From the NCBI GenBank assembly GCA_963747845.1, contig CAVVGR010000014.1, positions 4,437 through 68,436 on the forward strand: a stretch of 64,000 nt of DNA, read 5' to 3'. The number at the start of each line of letters is the position of its first letter. Position 1 is the first letter of the stretch. The stretch is from an uncultured delta proteobacterium (GTDB lineage Bacteria; Desulfobacterota; Binatia; Binatales; Binataceae). Made by a program: the position numbers and the translations under genes. Below the pieces are notes generated by a model. That model searched no databases and was not told the DNA's origin. It saw nothing but the letters and a program-made list of their open reading frames with translations. This document shows positions 45,192 to 55,755 of the stretch, in pieces.

Positions 45192-45512
45192 CTAGTTGTC
45201 GGGCACCAGGTGGCATTCCGGGGAGACTGACTTGATTCCGCCGCTCTCTGTCTGGAATGAAAAGGCCTGCCCGTTCGCTGCGGTGACCAGGTAGTTGTCG
45301 CCGTCGCGGGAATAGGTCACCGCCATGGAGATGGGAGCCAGCGGAGTGGCCATCGTCATGGTCTGGTCGCCAAACTGGATCGAGCTTAAGGTGAAGCATT
45401 CGTTGGGGGAGTTCGGCGCCAGCTTCCATTTGCCGAGCAGAGGATTTGATTTCGAGCATCCCGAAGCGACAAGGATCGCGCAGCAGGCCACAATGATCCG
45501 CAGATTCCGCAT
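45192..45512 (-). CDS. small lipoprotein, hypothetical
   Basis: Signal peptide with lipobox LVASGC. Confidence 0.55.
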   Translation of the reverse strand: MRNLRIIVACCAILVASGCSKSNPLLGKWKLAPNSPNECFTLSSIQFGDQTMTMATPLAPISMAVTYSRDGDNYLVTAANGQAFSFQTESGGIKSVSPECHLVPDN

Positions 45513-45731
45513 TTATACCTTGCTCCCTGTTAGATCTAAGGAAGGTGGGATTTCCGCCTTCGGGCAAAGAAAAGCAGATCGTGGCGATATTGCCAAGAGG
45601 CAAAAGCGGGACGTGCGAAGACGACGCAGCACGCGACTGATGTCGAGATCTTCGCGGGCACAGAAATGACGCAAACGAAACGGGCCGTGCCCTTTCGCGC
45701 ATCCGGCGACGGAACAAACGGAGCGGAAAGA

Positions 45732-46880
45732 CTACTGGGTGTTTTCTACCGGTTGGACGTTTTCGCCGTCGCGAGCGGCCTGGCCTACGTTCACCGCTAC
45801 CTTGTCGGATTTCTCGATGCCGCTGTTTATCTCCACGGTCTGCCCGTTGTCATAACCCAGCGTCACTTCGACCAGGTGCAGTTGATTGTTGCGAACGACC
45901 GGCACGTAGACCTTGCCGTCGCGGAATATCAGCGCGTCGTCAGGGACCATCGGAACTCCCGTTCCCATCGCCACGGTGAATTCCGCGGTCGCGTACATTC
46001 CGGGATAGAGCGCTTCATTTTCGTTGGGGAGATCGACTTCCACCAGCATCGTGCGCGTGTCGGCCGAGAGTGCCTCGGGATGACGCGTGATGGTCCCGAT
46101 GAATTTCTGACCGGCGTAGCCGGCCGCGGTGATCGTGGCCGCATCGCCGTCCTTGATGAACGGCGCGACGTTCTGCGGCACGTAGATAAACACGCGCAGG
46201 GGAGCCATGCGGGCCACACTGATGATTGCGCCGTTGCCGGGCGTGCCTGGGGTGGTGTTCGCGGGCACGAGGTGGCCGGGATCGATATAGCGCGCCGTGA
46301 CGATGCCGTCGAAGGGCGCCGTGATTGTCTCGTAGGCCTGATAGGCGATGTCCTGTTTGAGGGTAGCGAGCGCCTGCAGCATCGCGCCATGGGTGTCATC
46401 GGCAGTCTGCTGCGGAATTACCTGGGCGCGCACGAGTTCCTGGTTGCGCTTGTCAGTGATGAGGGCGAGGTTGTAGTTGGCGCGCGCATTGGCGGTCTGT
46501 TGATCGAGTTCGGGCGACGTGAGGATGGCGATCAGCTGGCCCGTATGGATGCGGTCGCCCTTGTCGACCTTGATCGTCTTCAGGTAGCCGGGAACCTTGG
46601 CGTAGATGTCGGTCTCGTCGAAGCCGCGAATGGTCGCGGGCAGCTTGAGAGCGCGGGTCGGCGGGGCCTGCAAAACGTCGGAGACCAGCACGTGCGGGCC
46701 GGGCTGCTGCTGCTGTGCGAGATCCGAGGTCTGGCGGCCGAGCCAGAGCTCGCGGGCGAGCACGAGGCCCGCAGTCGCAACCAGAACGATGATGATGGCG
46801 ATGATCCAGCCGGCAAAGAAAAATCCGCCGGGTGCGGGTACGCTGAAGTTTTTCGGATCGTCTTCTTCTTGGTCAGCCAT
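45732..46880 (-). CDS. efflux RND transporter periplasmic adaptor subunit (membrane fusion protein, HlyD family)
   Basis: Start at MADQEEDDPKN (ATG 46880), 12 bp after the RND stop. N-terminal TM helix plus coiled-coil/biotinyl-like domains. The Arg-rich upstream part of ORF 45732-47621 is an overlap artefact. Confidence 0.85.
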   Translation of the reverse strand: MADQEEDDPKNFSVPAPGGFFFAGWIIAIIIVLVATAGLVLARELWLGRQTSDLAQQQQPGPHVLVSDVLQAPPTRALKLPATIRGFDETDIYAKVPGYLKTIKVDKGDRIHTGQLIAILTSPELDQQTANARANYNLALITDKRNQELVRAQVIPQQTADDTHGAMLQALATLKQDIAYQAYETITAPFDGIVTARYIDPGHLVPANTTPGTPGNGAIISVARMAPLRVFIYVPQNVAPFIKDGDAATITAAGYAGQKFIGTITRHPEALSADTRTMLVEVDLPNENEALYPGMYATAEFTVAMGTGVPMVPDDALIFRDGKVYVPVVRNNQLHLVEVTLGYDNGQTVEINSGIEKSDKVAVNVGQAARDGENVQPVENTQ

Positions 46881-46891
46881 GTTTATTAATT

Positions 46892-49800
46892 CTAAGCACC
46901 GGGTAGCGTGACTGCTTCGATCTCGGCGTCGCGCTGCTTTTTGCCGATCACATCGCGGCCGAAGATTGAATAGACGGCCGGCACGACGAACAGCGTCATC
47001 ATTGTGGCAGCCATCAGGCCGCCGATCACGGCGCGCCCGAGCGGCGCGTTCTGCTCGGAACCCGAACCGAGCGACAACGCCATCGGGAGCATGCCGAGAA
47101 TCATCGCGAGCGCGGTCATGATAATCGGGCGGAAGCGGATGCGGCCGGCCTCGATGGCGGCGGCGAGCGGACTGTAGCCTTCCTCGCGCAGCTCGTTGGC
47201 AAAAGTGATGAGCAGGTTGCCGTTGGCGACGCCGACGCCAACCGCCATGATCGCGCCCATCAGCGATTCGACGTTGATAGTCGTGCCTGTTATCGCGAGC
47301 ATCCAGAGCACGCCGGCCAGCGCGCCCGGCACCGCCATCATGATGATGAAGGGCTCGAGCCACGACTGAAAGTTCGCAACCATCAGCAGGTAAACGAGGA
47401 TGATCGCGAGCACCAGGCCCTCGCCGAGCGTCTTGAACGAGTCGCGCATCGCCTGGCTCTGACCGCGAATGACGACGTGGGTGCCGGCGGGCATTTTGCC
47501 GAGACTGTTGATCGCGCGCTGCACCGCTGAGGCGACGCCGCCGAGGTCGCGGCCCTGCACCGCGCAGTCGACGTCGATGACGCGCTGGACGGTGTAATGC
47601 GCGACGACGGCGGGATCCCATTTATGATTGATAACGCTGAGATTGCCGAGCAACTGCGCCTGGGCCTGCGTGTTCGGATCAGTAGTGGAGGACGAGGCGA
47701 TGCCGTTGATTCCAGACGACGACGAGGGAGTGCTGAGCGGTATGTTCGACAGCGAGGCGACCGAGTCGATCAGATGCTGCGGCGACTGCGCGACGACGGT
47801 GTAGTTGACGCCCGACTTTGGATCGAGCCAGAAGTTGGGCTGCAACAGCGTGGCGCCGGAGAGCGTCGCCAGCATGCTCGAGGCGACCTCCTGCTGCGTA
47901 ATGCCGAGTTGCAGGGCCTTGGCGCGGTCGACGTCGACCATGAAGGTCGGATAGTCCTGCGGCTCGGCAATCCTGAGATCGCTGACGCCGGGAATGAGGC
48001 CCATCTTGTTCTTCAGGCGCAGCGCGATGTCGTAGTCGGATTGCAGATCGTTGCCGTTGATCTGCGCGTCGATAGCCGCGGGCAGGCCGAAATTCAGCAC
48101 CTGGCTGACGATGTCGGCGGCCTGAAAATACACGGTGACGTTGGGAAACTTGGCGGACAGCAGCTCGCGAATTTTCTGCTGATAGCCGGCGGTCGGCTTG
48201 TGGTCGGGCTTCAACTGGATCAGCAGGTCCGCATCCTGCGGCCCGATCGAGTCAGTCTGGTAGAAGGCTAAATCGTACGACAGCGGCAATCCGATGTTGT
48301 CGCTGATGCCCTGCAGTTCCTCGGCAGGCACCACGGTCCGAATTGCGCGTTCGATTCTGTCGACTACGAACTCGGTGTGTTCGACCCGCGTTCCGGTCGG
48401 CATCCGCACGTGCAGGCTCATCATGCCGGCGTCGATGCTGGGGAAGAAGTCTTCGCCGACCACCAGCAGCAGCGCCAACGAGGACAGAATTATTATGGCG
48501 ACAAAGGTCAGTGCGAAATTTCTGCGCGCGATGAATCCGGCGAGCGCATAGCGATAGTGATGCTTGACCCGCTCGAAGCGGGCGTCGAAGCCGCGCACGA
48601 TGCGGCCCCATCGGCCACTGCCGAGGTTTTCCTCGTGATCTTCGGGGAGCAGCAGGCGCGCCATGGTGGGAACCAGCGTGCGCGAGAGCAGGTACGAGGT
48701 AAGCATCGAGAAAACGACCGCGAGCGCCAGCGGTGTGAACAGAAATTTTGCAACTCCGGTCAGCAACACGACCGGGAAAAAGACGATGCAGATGGCGAGC
48801 GTGCCGACAAAGGTCGGCGTGGCGATTTGCGACGCGCCGTCGAGTATCGCGACCAGCAGCGGCTTGTGCAGCGCCTGGTTGCGATGGATGTTTTCGACTT
48901 CGACCGTCGCGTCATCGACCAGCATGCCGACTGCGAGCGCGATCCCGCCGAGCGTCATCGTGTTGATCGTCTGTCCGGCCAGGTGCAGGAAAATGATCGC
49001 GTTCAGAATCGAGAGCGGAATCGAAGTGATCACGATGATCATGCTGCGCGGCGAGCCTAGGAACAGCAGCACCATGATCGCGACCAGCGCCGCCGCCGTG
49101 ATCGCCTCCTGCACCACGTCTTTCAGCGCGGCGCGCACGAATTGCGACTGGTCGAACGTGAGCATCACGTTCAGGCCCTTGGGCGCGGTGGCGCGGATCT
49201 CGGGCAGCTTCGCTTTGACCGCATCGACGACGCTCAGCGTGGACGCGTCGGCGTGTTTGACGACGAGCAAGTAGGTGGCATCCACTCCGTTGAAGCGCAC
49301 GACGTTGGTTTGCGGCTGATGGGTGTCGGTGACATGCGCAACGTCGTCGAGGAAAACCGGCGCACCGTTGAGGTACTTGATCGGCAGCTTGTTGAAGTCC
49401 GAGACTTTCGGCACCGACATGTTCATGTCGACGTTGTATTCGTAATTGCCCATCTTGGCGGTGCCAGACGGGATGACGACGTTGGTCGCGTCCAGCGCGT
49501 TGCCGACGTCGTAGGCGGAGATGCCGTTGGCGTAGAGCGCGGTGGGATCGAGGTTGGCCATCACCGCGCGGCTGACGCCGCCGAGCGGAGCGGGCGAGGA
49601 AAATCCGGGAATCGTGAAGAGCTGGATGCGGATGAAGTTGAGGCCGTAGTCGAACAGCTTGCTGGTCGAAAGAACGTCGCTGTAAATGTTGAGCTGCGCG
49701 ACCGGAACGTTGCTGGCGTTGTACGAAATGATCTGCGGCGGCTCGATGCCGCGCGGCAGATTGCTCAGGATGGTCTCGGACACCGCGTTGATCTGCGCGA

Positions 49801-50116
49801 TCGCGCCGCCGATGTCGGTCTCCGGCTGGAAATAAACCTTGAGCAGGCCGATGCCGTTGATCGATTCGGATTCGATGTGCTCGATGCCGTTGACGGTGGT
49901 CGAGTAGGCGCGCTCGGAGATGAAGACCATGCGGCGCTCGACGTCGAAAGCGGACAGGCCCGGATAATTCCACACCACCATGACGACCGGCAGATTGATC
50001 GCCGGGAAGATGTCGACGTTCATGAGGCCGAAGCTCAGCACGCCCAGCACGAGCATCAGGAGCGCCATGACGGCAACCGAGAGCGGCCGGCGAAGCGCGA
50101 GACGAACGATCCACAT
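46892..50116 (-). CDS. efflux RND transporter permease subunit (AcrB/HAE1-type)
   Basis: 1074 aa, 12 TM helices with two large periplasmic loops, MWIVRLALRRP N-terminus. Confidence 0.9.
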   Translation of the reverse strand: MWIVRLALRRPLSVAVMALLMLVLGVLSFGLMNVDIFPAINLPVVMVVWNYPGLSAFDVERRMVFISERAYSTTVNGIEHIESESINGIGLLKVYFQPETDIGGAIAQINAVSETILSNLPRGIEPPQIISYNASNVPVAQLNIYSDVLSTSKLFDYGLNFIRIQLFTIPGFSSPAPLGGVSRAVMANLDPTALYANGISAYDVGNALDATNVVIPSGTAKMGNYEYNVDMNMSVPKVSDFNKLPIKYLNGAPVFLDDVAHVTDTHQPQTNVVRFNGVDATYLLVVKHADASTLSVVDAVKAKLPEIRATAPKGLNVMLTFDQSQFVRAALKDVVQEAITAAALVAIMVLLFLGSPRSMIIVITSIPLSILNAIIFLHLAGQTINTMTLGGIALAVGMLVDDATVEVENIHRNQALHKPLLVAILDGASQIATPTFVGTLAICIVFFPVVLLTGVAKFLFTPLALAVVFSMLTSYLLSRTLVPTMARLLLPEDHEENLGSGRWGRIVRGFDARFERVKHHYRYALAGFIARRNFALTFVAIIILSSLALLLVVGEDFFPSIDAGMMSLHVRMPTGTRVEHTEFVVDRIERAIRTVVPAEELQGISDNIGLPLSYDLAFYQTDSIGPQDADLLIQLKPDHKPTAGYQQKIRELLSAKFPNVTVYFQAADIVSQVLNFGLPAAIDAQINGNDLQSDYDIALRLKNKMGLIPGVSDLRIAEPQDYPTFMVDVDRAKALQLGITQQEVASSMLATLSGATLLQPNFWLDPKSGVNYTVVAQSPQHLIDSVASLSNIPLSTPSSSSGINGIASSSTTDPNTQAQAQLLGNLSVINHKWDPAVVAHYTVQRVIDVDCAVQGRDLGGVASAVQRAINSLGKMPAGTHVVIRGQSQAMRDSFKTLGEGLVLAIILVYLLMVANFQSWLEPFIIMMAVPGALAGVLWMLAITGTTINVESLMGAIMAVGVGVANGNLLITFANELREEGYSPLAAAIEAGRIRFRPIIMTALAMILGMLPMALSLGSGSEQNAPLGRAVIGGLMAATMMTLFVVPAVYSIFGRDVIGKKQRDAEIEAVTLPGA

Positions 50117-50534
50117 AATGAAGTGCCGAAAGTCGAGTCTAAGTTCGCGGTCGTGGATATAACGACCGAAGGTTACACATATTCAGCGAGTGCATCCTCC
50201 AAAATATTGGACGGTAATGAGCAAGGCAAGTTTGAATAGATGAACGCAGGGTTTCGTATAGTCAGCGGGATCAGCTGCGCGCGGAGTCCGAAATGCGGCC
50301 TCTCCCTGGCGGATCGTCCGTGGCAAGGGAGAGCGGTGCGCAACTGAGGCAGAATCGCGATTCGTCGCTAGCCAGCTAGGCAGAAGTGACCATGCACTCT
50401 TCTGTCCTCCCCTTTCCATTCTGGAAAGGGGGAATCAGACAAGAATCTAAGCTCGCCTCTCCCGTTACGACGGAAGCTGACAGAGTCAAGTGACCCAAAG
50501 CTCTCGCAGCTGCGCAGCGAGAGCGCTATCAGGA

Positions 50535-51591
50535 TCACGGAACCGGGGCGGCGTTCAGGAGGCCGGCGGCTTCGTCGTAGCCGAGCATCAGGTTCATGTT
50601 TTGAACCGCCTGGCCCGCGGCGCCCTTGCCGAGGTTGTCGATCGCGGTGATCACGAGCAGGGTTTCGCTGCGGCGATCGAGGACGAACGCCAGCTCGCAG
50701 TAGTTGGTCGCGCGCACGTTGCGCAGCTCCGGCAGCTCGCCCGGTTTCAGCAAGCGGACGAAGCGCGACTTGGCGAAGCTGGCTTCAAAGGCGGCGTGAA
50801 CATCGCTCTCGGTCGTGCCTGCCCGCGGGCGCATAAAAATCGAGCTCAGCAGACCGCGCGTAATCGGCAGCAGATGCGGCACGAACAGCAGCGCGATGTC
50901 GCGGCCGAGCGCGGCGGAGATTTCCTGCTCCATCTCGGGGACGTGGCGATGGTTGCCGACCTTGTAGGCGCGGAAGTTCTCGTTGACCTCGGCGAAGAGC
51001 TGTTCGACCGATGCGTGCGCGGCGAGCGCCGGTGGTGCCGGACTTTGCGTCGATGATTATCGACGACGGCTCGATCAGGTCGCGCCTGATCAGCGGCAGC
51101 AGCGCCAGCAGCGCGCCGGTCGGGAAGCATCCCGGGTTGGCCACGAGGCGAGCCTCGCGAAGTTCATGGCGATGGAATTCGCTGAGGCCGTAAACCGCCT
51201 CCTTGAGGAGCTGCGGCGCCGGATGATCGACGCCGTAAGTGGCGCGGAACTGCGCGGCATCCTTGAACCGAAAATCCGCCGACAGATCCACCACCTTGAT
51301 GCCGGCCTTGATCAGCTCGGTGGTATGGGCGGTGCCGACCGTTTCGGGCAGGCATGAGATGGCGACGTCGGCGCGGCCCTGCACCAGGTCGGGGCGCAGT
51401 TCTTCGAACGGCGGCAAGTCGATGCCGGCCATGTGGCGGTGAACGTCGGCCACCTCGCGCCCGGCGTATTGCTCGGACGTGAGCACGCTCAGCTCGACGA
51501 ACGGATGGCTGGCGAGAATGCGGACGGCCTCGATACCCGAGTATCCGGAGGCGCCGACCACGGCCACCTTGACCTTGTCGTGCGTAGCCAC
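50535..51591 (-). CDS. argC: N-acetyl-gamma-glutamyl-phosphate reductase; split by a frameshift near 51010-51040
   Basis: N-terminal part (VAVVGASGYSG...IIIDAKSGTTGA) in ORF 50785-51591. The C-terminal part (EQLFAEVNENFRAYKVGNHRHVPEMEQE...DNLGKGAAGQAVQNMNL) is in ORF 50535-50933. Confidence 0.8.
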
Positions 51592-51666
51592 TTGGGGAAT
51601 CTCAATGCTCCTTTGCGAGTTGCGACAGAAGTCACTCAGTTAGCAGAATTGCGCGCGCGGAGCCAG

Positions 51667-53895
51667 TTACTTGCTCTCGAACTCGAAAACCATCTCGGTT
51701 GGAGGATGTTCAGGGTCGGCGGCCAGCTTATCGAGGTAAATCTGCACCGGAGTATCGTCGGGGCGCGTCTCGCCGAGCCGTTCGAGCTCCTGGCGCGCGG
51801 AGAAGATGTTGCCCGCACGGATCATCGTCAGCGCGTCGGCGAAATGGCGATAGAACGAGGGATCGACGCTGTCGTTCTCGCGGCCGGCTACGTGGACTAT
51901 CGGCACGTAGAGCTGCTTGCCCTTGACCTTTACCAGTCCGAGCTCGCGCCCGATGTAGCCGCCGCCGGCTTCGCTGTAGGTCTGGCGGCTGACGAGCAGA
52001 TGCACCTTGAAATGGCGCGTCAATCCTTCCAGGCGCGAGGCGAAGTTGACGGTGTCGCCGATGACGGAGTAGTCGAAACGGTTTTCGCCGCCGAGGTTGC
52101 CGACGACGACGTCGCCGGTCGAGATGCCGATGCCGATGTCGAGGTCGGCGAAGCGCGGATCGTTTTTCTGGAGCTCGTGCAGATTCTCGAGCATCCGAAG
52201 CGCGCAATCAATCGCGGCGCGCGACGGATTCTCGAGGTCGTTGGGCGCGCCCCAGAACGCCATGATGCCGTCGCCCATCAGCTTGTCGACGACGCCGCCG
52301 GTTTTGAAAATGACGTCGATCATCGAGGTCATGTAGGTGTTCAGCAGCGCGAGCAGCTCCTCGGGCTCGGTCTTCTCGGCGCGCTTGGTGAAGCTGACGA
52401 TATCGGCGAAGAGGATCGCCAGATGACGCTTCTCGCCACCGAGCTTCAGACCCTCGGGCGATTCCAGCAACGAGGTGATGACGTCGGGATTCAGGTAGTG
52501 CTCGAAGGCGAGGCGCAGGTAGCGCTTTTCGCGGCCTTCGGTGATGTACCGGTAGCCGGCCAGGAACATGTACATGATGACGACGGTGATTAGCGGGAAG
52601 ACCACGCCGACGACCAGGCCGTCCTCGAGCAGGCGCCGCTGGGCGTAAGCGAAATAGCCGATCAGCAGGATCCCGCCGAGCGCCGCCGACGCCATCGCGG
52701 ACAGCCACGCGACCCCAAGCGATATCGCGACTCCCATCAGCAGCGCGCCGAAGAACGGAATCTCGACCGCGCCTTCGTAGGTGCGCCGGATGAAATCGCC
52801 CTGCAGCACGTTGTCGATTGCGTGGGCGTGGATCTCGACGCGCGCCATGTCGCCGTCCACAGGAGTCACGCCGCGGTCGCCGAGGCCGTGGGCAGTTGCG
52901 CCGACCAGGACGATCTTGCCGGCCAGCTTGTCGGGCGCGATCTTGTGGTTGATGATGTCCGAGATGGAATAGTGCGGGAACGGATCGGGGCCGCGGCGAA
53001 AATTCACCAGCATCCGGCCGTCGTCATCCACCGGTATTCCCACGCCGGCGACCGACACTCCCGCCACGCCGAAGGAGTCGAGTCCCAGGATCATCGTCGC
53101 GCCGTCCGCGTACGCATCGACGATCGCGAGGAACAGCGGCACGCAGTAGCGGCCGTCGAAGCGGATGACCGTCATCTCGGTGCGGATTACGCCGTCCTCG
53201 TCCGCGTCAACGTCGAAGTATCCGGTCGAGTGCGCGGCGTCGTCGAGAATCGCGTACGGCGGCTGATAGGCGAGCGCCTTGATCAATTCATGCGTGGGGC
53301 CCGGCGCCTGGCGAACGATGTTGTAGCCGAGCGGCCCCGGCGGTCGAATTTTTTCCTGGAACCCCGACATTTTGTCGATTGCGAAGTGACTCTGGAAATG
53401 ATGGCTCTGGAACGCGTAGCCGAGCACGGTCAGGCCCTGCGCTTTCATCGACTCCGCGAAGGCTTCGTCGTTGCTGGGACCCAGCACCTCGCGAATCGAC
53501 TGCCCGGTGAGGCCAAGCTGCGCGAGCTTCTCACTGGTTTGCCCGCGCGTTACGTCGCTCTTGTCCTCTTCGCTGAAAATCGCATCGAAGCCGACGACCT
53601 TGACCTGGTAGTCCTTGAGCGCATTGACCAGCTGCGCCAGCACCGCCCGTGGCCACGGCCATTGCCCAAGTTTCGCGATGCTCTTGTCGTCGACCGCGGC
53701 GATAACGATCGCGCCCGAGGACGGATGCGGCGGGACGGTGTTGATGCGCAGGTCGTACGCAATCAGATCCATCCGGTCGAATGCGTTGAGGAAGCGGTTG
53801 TGGAAGCCGAACCACAAGCCCAGCAGCACGATCCCGAACAGGAACGTGCGCCAGGAGAATCTCGCAGCCAGGATTGACGCTCTTGCGCTCGCCAT
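51667..53895 (-). CDS. CHASE2 sensor domain-containing adenylate/guanylate cyclase
   Basis: N-terminal TM, periplasmic CHASE2 region, C-terminal TM cluster, then class III cyclase domain (LAILFADIVSFT...LMGDGIMAFWGAP). Confidence 0.85.
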   Translation of the reverse strand: MASARASILAARFSWRTFLFGIVLLGLWFGFHNRFLNAFDRMDLIAYDLRINTVPPHPSSGAIVIAAVDDKSIAKLGQWPWPRAVLAQLVNALKDYQVKVVGFDAIFSEEDKSDVTRGQTSEKLAQLGLTGQSIREVLGPSNDEAFAESMKAQGLTVLGYAFQSHHFQSHFAIDKMSGFQEKIRPPGPLGYNIVRQAPGPTHELIKALAYQPPYAILDDAAHSTGYFDVDADEDGVIRTEMTVIRFDGRYCVPLFLAIVDAYADGATMILGLDSFGVAGVSVAGVGIPVDDDGRMLVNFRRGPDPFPHYSISDIINHKIAPDKLAGKIVLVGATAHGLGDRGVTPVDGDMARVEIHAHAIDNVLQGDFIRRTYEGAVEIPFFGALLMGVAISLGVAWLSAMASAALGGILLIGYFAYAQRRLLEDGLVVGVVFPLITVVIMYMFLAGYRYITEGREKRYLRLAFEHYLNPDVITSLLESPEGLKLGGEKRHLAILFADIVSFTKRAEKTEPEELLALLNTYMTSMIDVIFKTGGVVDKLMGDGIMAFWGAPNDLENPSRAAIDCALRMLENLHELQKNDPRFADLDIGIGISTGDVVVGNLGGENRFDYSVIGDTVNFASRLEGLTRHFKVHLLVSRQTYSEAGGGYIGRELGLVKVKGKQLYVPIVHVAGRENDSVDPSFYRHFADALTMIRAGNIFSARQELERLGETRPDDTPVQIYLDKLAADPEHPPTEMVFEFESK

Positions 53896-54005
53896 CGTCA
53901 GCGATTCGAGCTTAGCTCGCCGGCGCGGGCTCCGCTAACCATGCGGGGGCGTTCGCGGAAGACGTCCTCCGCGGATTGTCTGCTAATGCGCGTGAAGCGT
54001 CGCGA

Positions 54006-54776
54006 CTACTCGAACCAGCTTAGCTGCTTGTACATGCTGATCTGGCCGTACTGATGCGCGTTGCCATAGCCCGCCTGCGCGCTGACGCCGATCTGCCACG
54101 GACGGTAGTAGAAGCCGAGGTCGGGACCGCCCTGGCCCTGCCCTTCGGTCAGGAAGCCGCCGAAGTACATCGCGCCGCCGATGCCGCCCATGACCATGAA
54201 CTTTTCGGTCGAGAGCAGGATCGCATTCACGTCGATCTCGCTGCTGGTGACGCCATTCTGAAAATCATGGATCGAGCTGAACGAGCCGTTGAGCGGATGC
54301 TGGCTGTGCAAGAGCACCCAACTCGAGAAGTCGCCTTCGATCACGCTGGCGTCGCTGTCCGCCACGTCGTGGCCGCCGGAGACGTAGAGATGAGTGCCCG
54401 GGAACAGGGTGAAATCCGCGCCGCCCTGGAAGCGGCCGAAGTTCAGGCGCGGAAAACTGCCGCTGCCCGGCGCCAGCGGGCTCTCGAAGCCATTGCCAAT
54501 CCACAGTTGATAGCCGGTGGCGCGGCCGAAGACGCCGATATACGGCGTGATGCTTTGCTCGGCCTGCACGCCCTCCTGCAGGACGCCATATTTGTCACTG
54601 ACGAAGCCGCCGCCGAACAGCGTGGTCTGGAAGAGTCCGGGAGTCTGCAGCGAGAAAAATCCTGGATAGTTGTCGTCAAACCATTGCGCGTTTGCAGCCG
54701 GCGCCCTGGCGAATGCGCCCAGCGCCAACGCGAGCACGACCGCGATACTAACCCGGAATCTTCGATTGGTCGCCAC
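54006..54776 (-). CDS. secreted Gly/aromatic-rich protein (possible outer-membrane beta-barrel), hypothetical
   Basis: Signal peptide MATNRRFRVSIAVVLALALGAFARAPAANA, ends with F. Sits between the FecR and CHASE2 cyclase genes. Confidence 0.5.
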   Translation of the reverse strand: MATNRRFRVSIAVVLALALGAFARAPAANAQWFDDNYPGFFSLQTPGLFQTTLFGGGFVSDKYGVLQEGVQAEQSITPYIGVFGRATGYQLWIGNGFESPLAPGSGSFPRLNFGRFQGGADFTLFPGTHLYVSGGHDVADSDASVIEGDFSSWVLLHSQHPLNGSFSSIHDFQNGVTSSEIDVNAILLSTEKFMVMGGIGGAMYFGGFLTEGQGQGGPDLGFYYRPWQIGVSAQAGYGNAHQYGQISMYKQLSWFE

Positions 54777-54791
54777 GTTTCACCTCCTCCC

Positions 54792-55577
54792 CTATCGCCC
54801 CGACGTACCGACGGTCGTCATGTTCGTGCAGACCGGACATGCCGGCACCGGTGCGCCGCCCGATGACGGCGCCGCTCCCGTGAACTGGGCGCCGCCGGCG
54901 CTGGCGCTTTCGAGCGACACCGCACCGGTCATCGCCAGCGGCCCGGGAGCCGTCGGGGGTTTGTCGCAGGGCAGCGTCGCCTCGTAACCCGCGCTGACGT
55001 CCTGACCCGCGTTGGGAGTTCCGATCGGCGCCAGGTTTACGGTGCCCTGATATACCGAGACGTCGGTATATCGCTCGCATCCCTGGTAGCCGGGTCTGAT
55101 TACATTCTCACTGTAAGCAGTATCGAATCGGGTTCCGCGCACTGCCGCGACCGCGTTGGGAGTGTGTACCTGGTAATCCGCACGCATGCCGCCTGACGCG
55201 CTGTTTACAAGCGATCGCAGCACGCCGGAAAACAGGCTGACGCGCGTCGTGTTGGCGCCGCCGGTAATTGTGAACTGGTCAAGCGTGATAGTGCTGGCGG
55301 GACCGAGTTCGAGGCGGCTCTGGTCGTTGAGCAGGATGACGGCATGGCCGTTGGGGCCGGTGACGATTCGATCGCCGGTGTTGACGCCGACGCCGGCCGC
55401 CGCTCCGATCGTCGCGCCGCCGCCGCGCTGAATTTGCACCTGGCCGCTTACCGACTGGAACGAACCTGCAGCCGTTTGCGCCAGCACGGACCCGGATGCC
55501 ATCAGCACCAGGGCGCTTATCAGCATCAGCCCGGCACCTAACCCGGTGCTAAAACGGCTACGGCGATCTCGACGCAT
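54792..55577 (-). CDS. FecR domain-containing protein
   Basis: Signal peptide, then FecR-like beta region (VQIQRGGGATIGAAAGVGVNTGDRIVTGPNGHAVILLNDQSRLEL). Confidence 0.7.
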   Translation of the reverse strand: MRRDRRSRFSTGLGAGLMLISALVLMASGSVLAQTAAGSFQSVSGQVQIQRGGGATIGAAAGVGVNTGDRIVTGPNGHAVILLNDQSRLELGPASTITLDQFTITGGANTTRVSLFSGVLRSLVNSASGGMRADYQVHTPNAVAAVRGTRFDTAYSENVIRPGYQGCERYTDVSVYQGTVNLAPIGTPNAGQDVSAGYEATLPCDKPPTAPGPLAMTGAVSLESASAGGAQFTGAAPSSGGAPVPACPVCTNMTTVGTSGR

Positions 55578-55676
55578 CTAGAGGCGCTCCTTTGTCGCTG
55601 GCGCCTTCCTTGTATTGGTCCGCGTTGGGATTTGTCAAATGGGGTCGCCTAAGTATCTGTATTATAAGCATAAATG

Positions 55677-55715
55677 AAAAGGGCGCGAGCATCACTCACG
55701 CCCTTGTCACAATTG
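55677..55715 (-). terminator. Rho-independent terminator after rpsI
   Basis: Minus strand: AAGGGCG-UGAGUGAUGCUCG-CGCCCUU stem-loop followed by UUCAUUU. Confidence 0.55.
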
Positions 55716-55755
55716 AATCCATTCGGGCGCCATATGCACCCGGAGTCGGTCTTCG

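Noticed and set aside
45666-46889. 407-aa plus-strand ORF
   Set aside because: Antisense to the membrane-fusion protein gene.
45732-47621. Arg-rich N-terminal 250 aa of the 629-aa track ORF
   Set aside because: This is the out-of-frame overlap with the 3' end of the RND gene. The real membrane-fusion protein starts at the ATG at 46880 (MADQEEDD...).
47597-50239. Several plus-strand ORFs (224-365 aa)
   Set aside because: Antisense to the RND permease.
51433-53877. Plus-strand ORFs of 386 and 351 aa
   Set aside because: Antisense to the CHASE2 cyclase.
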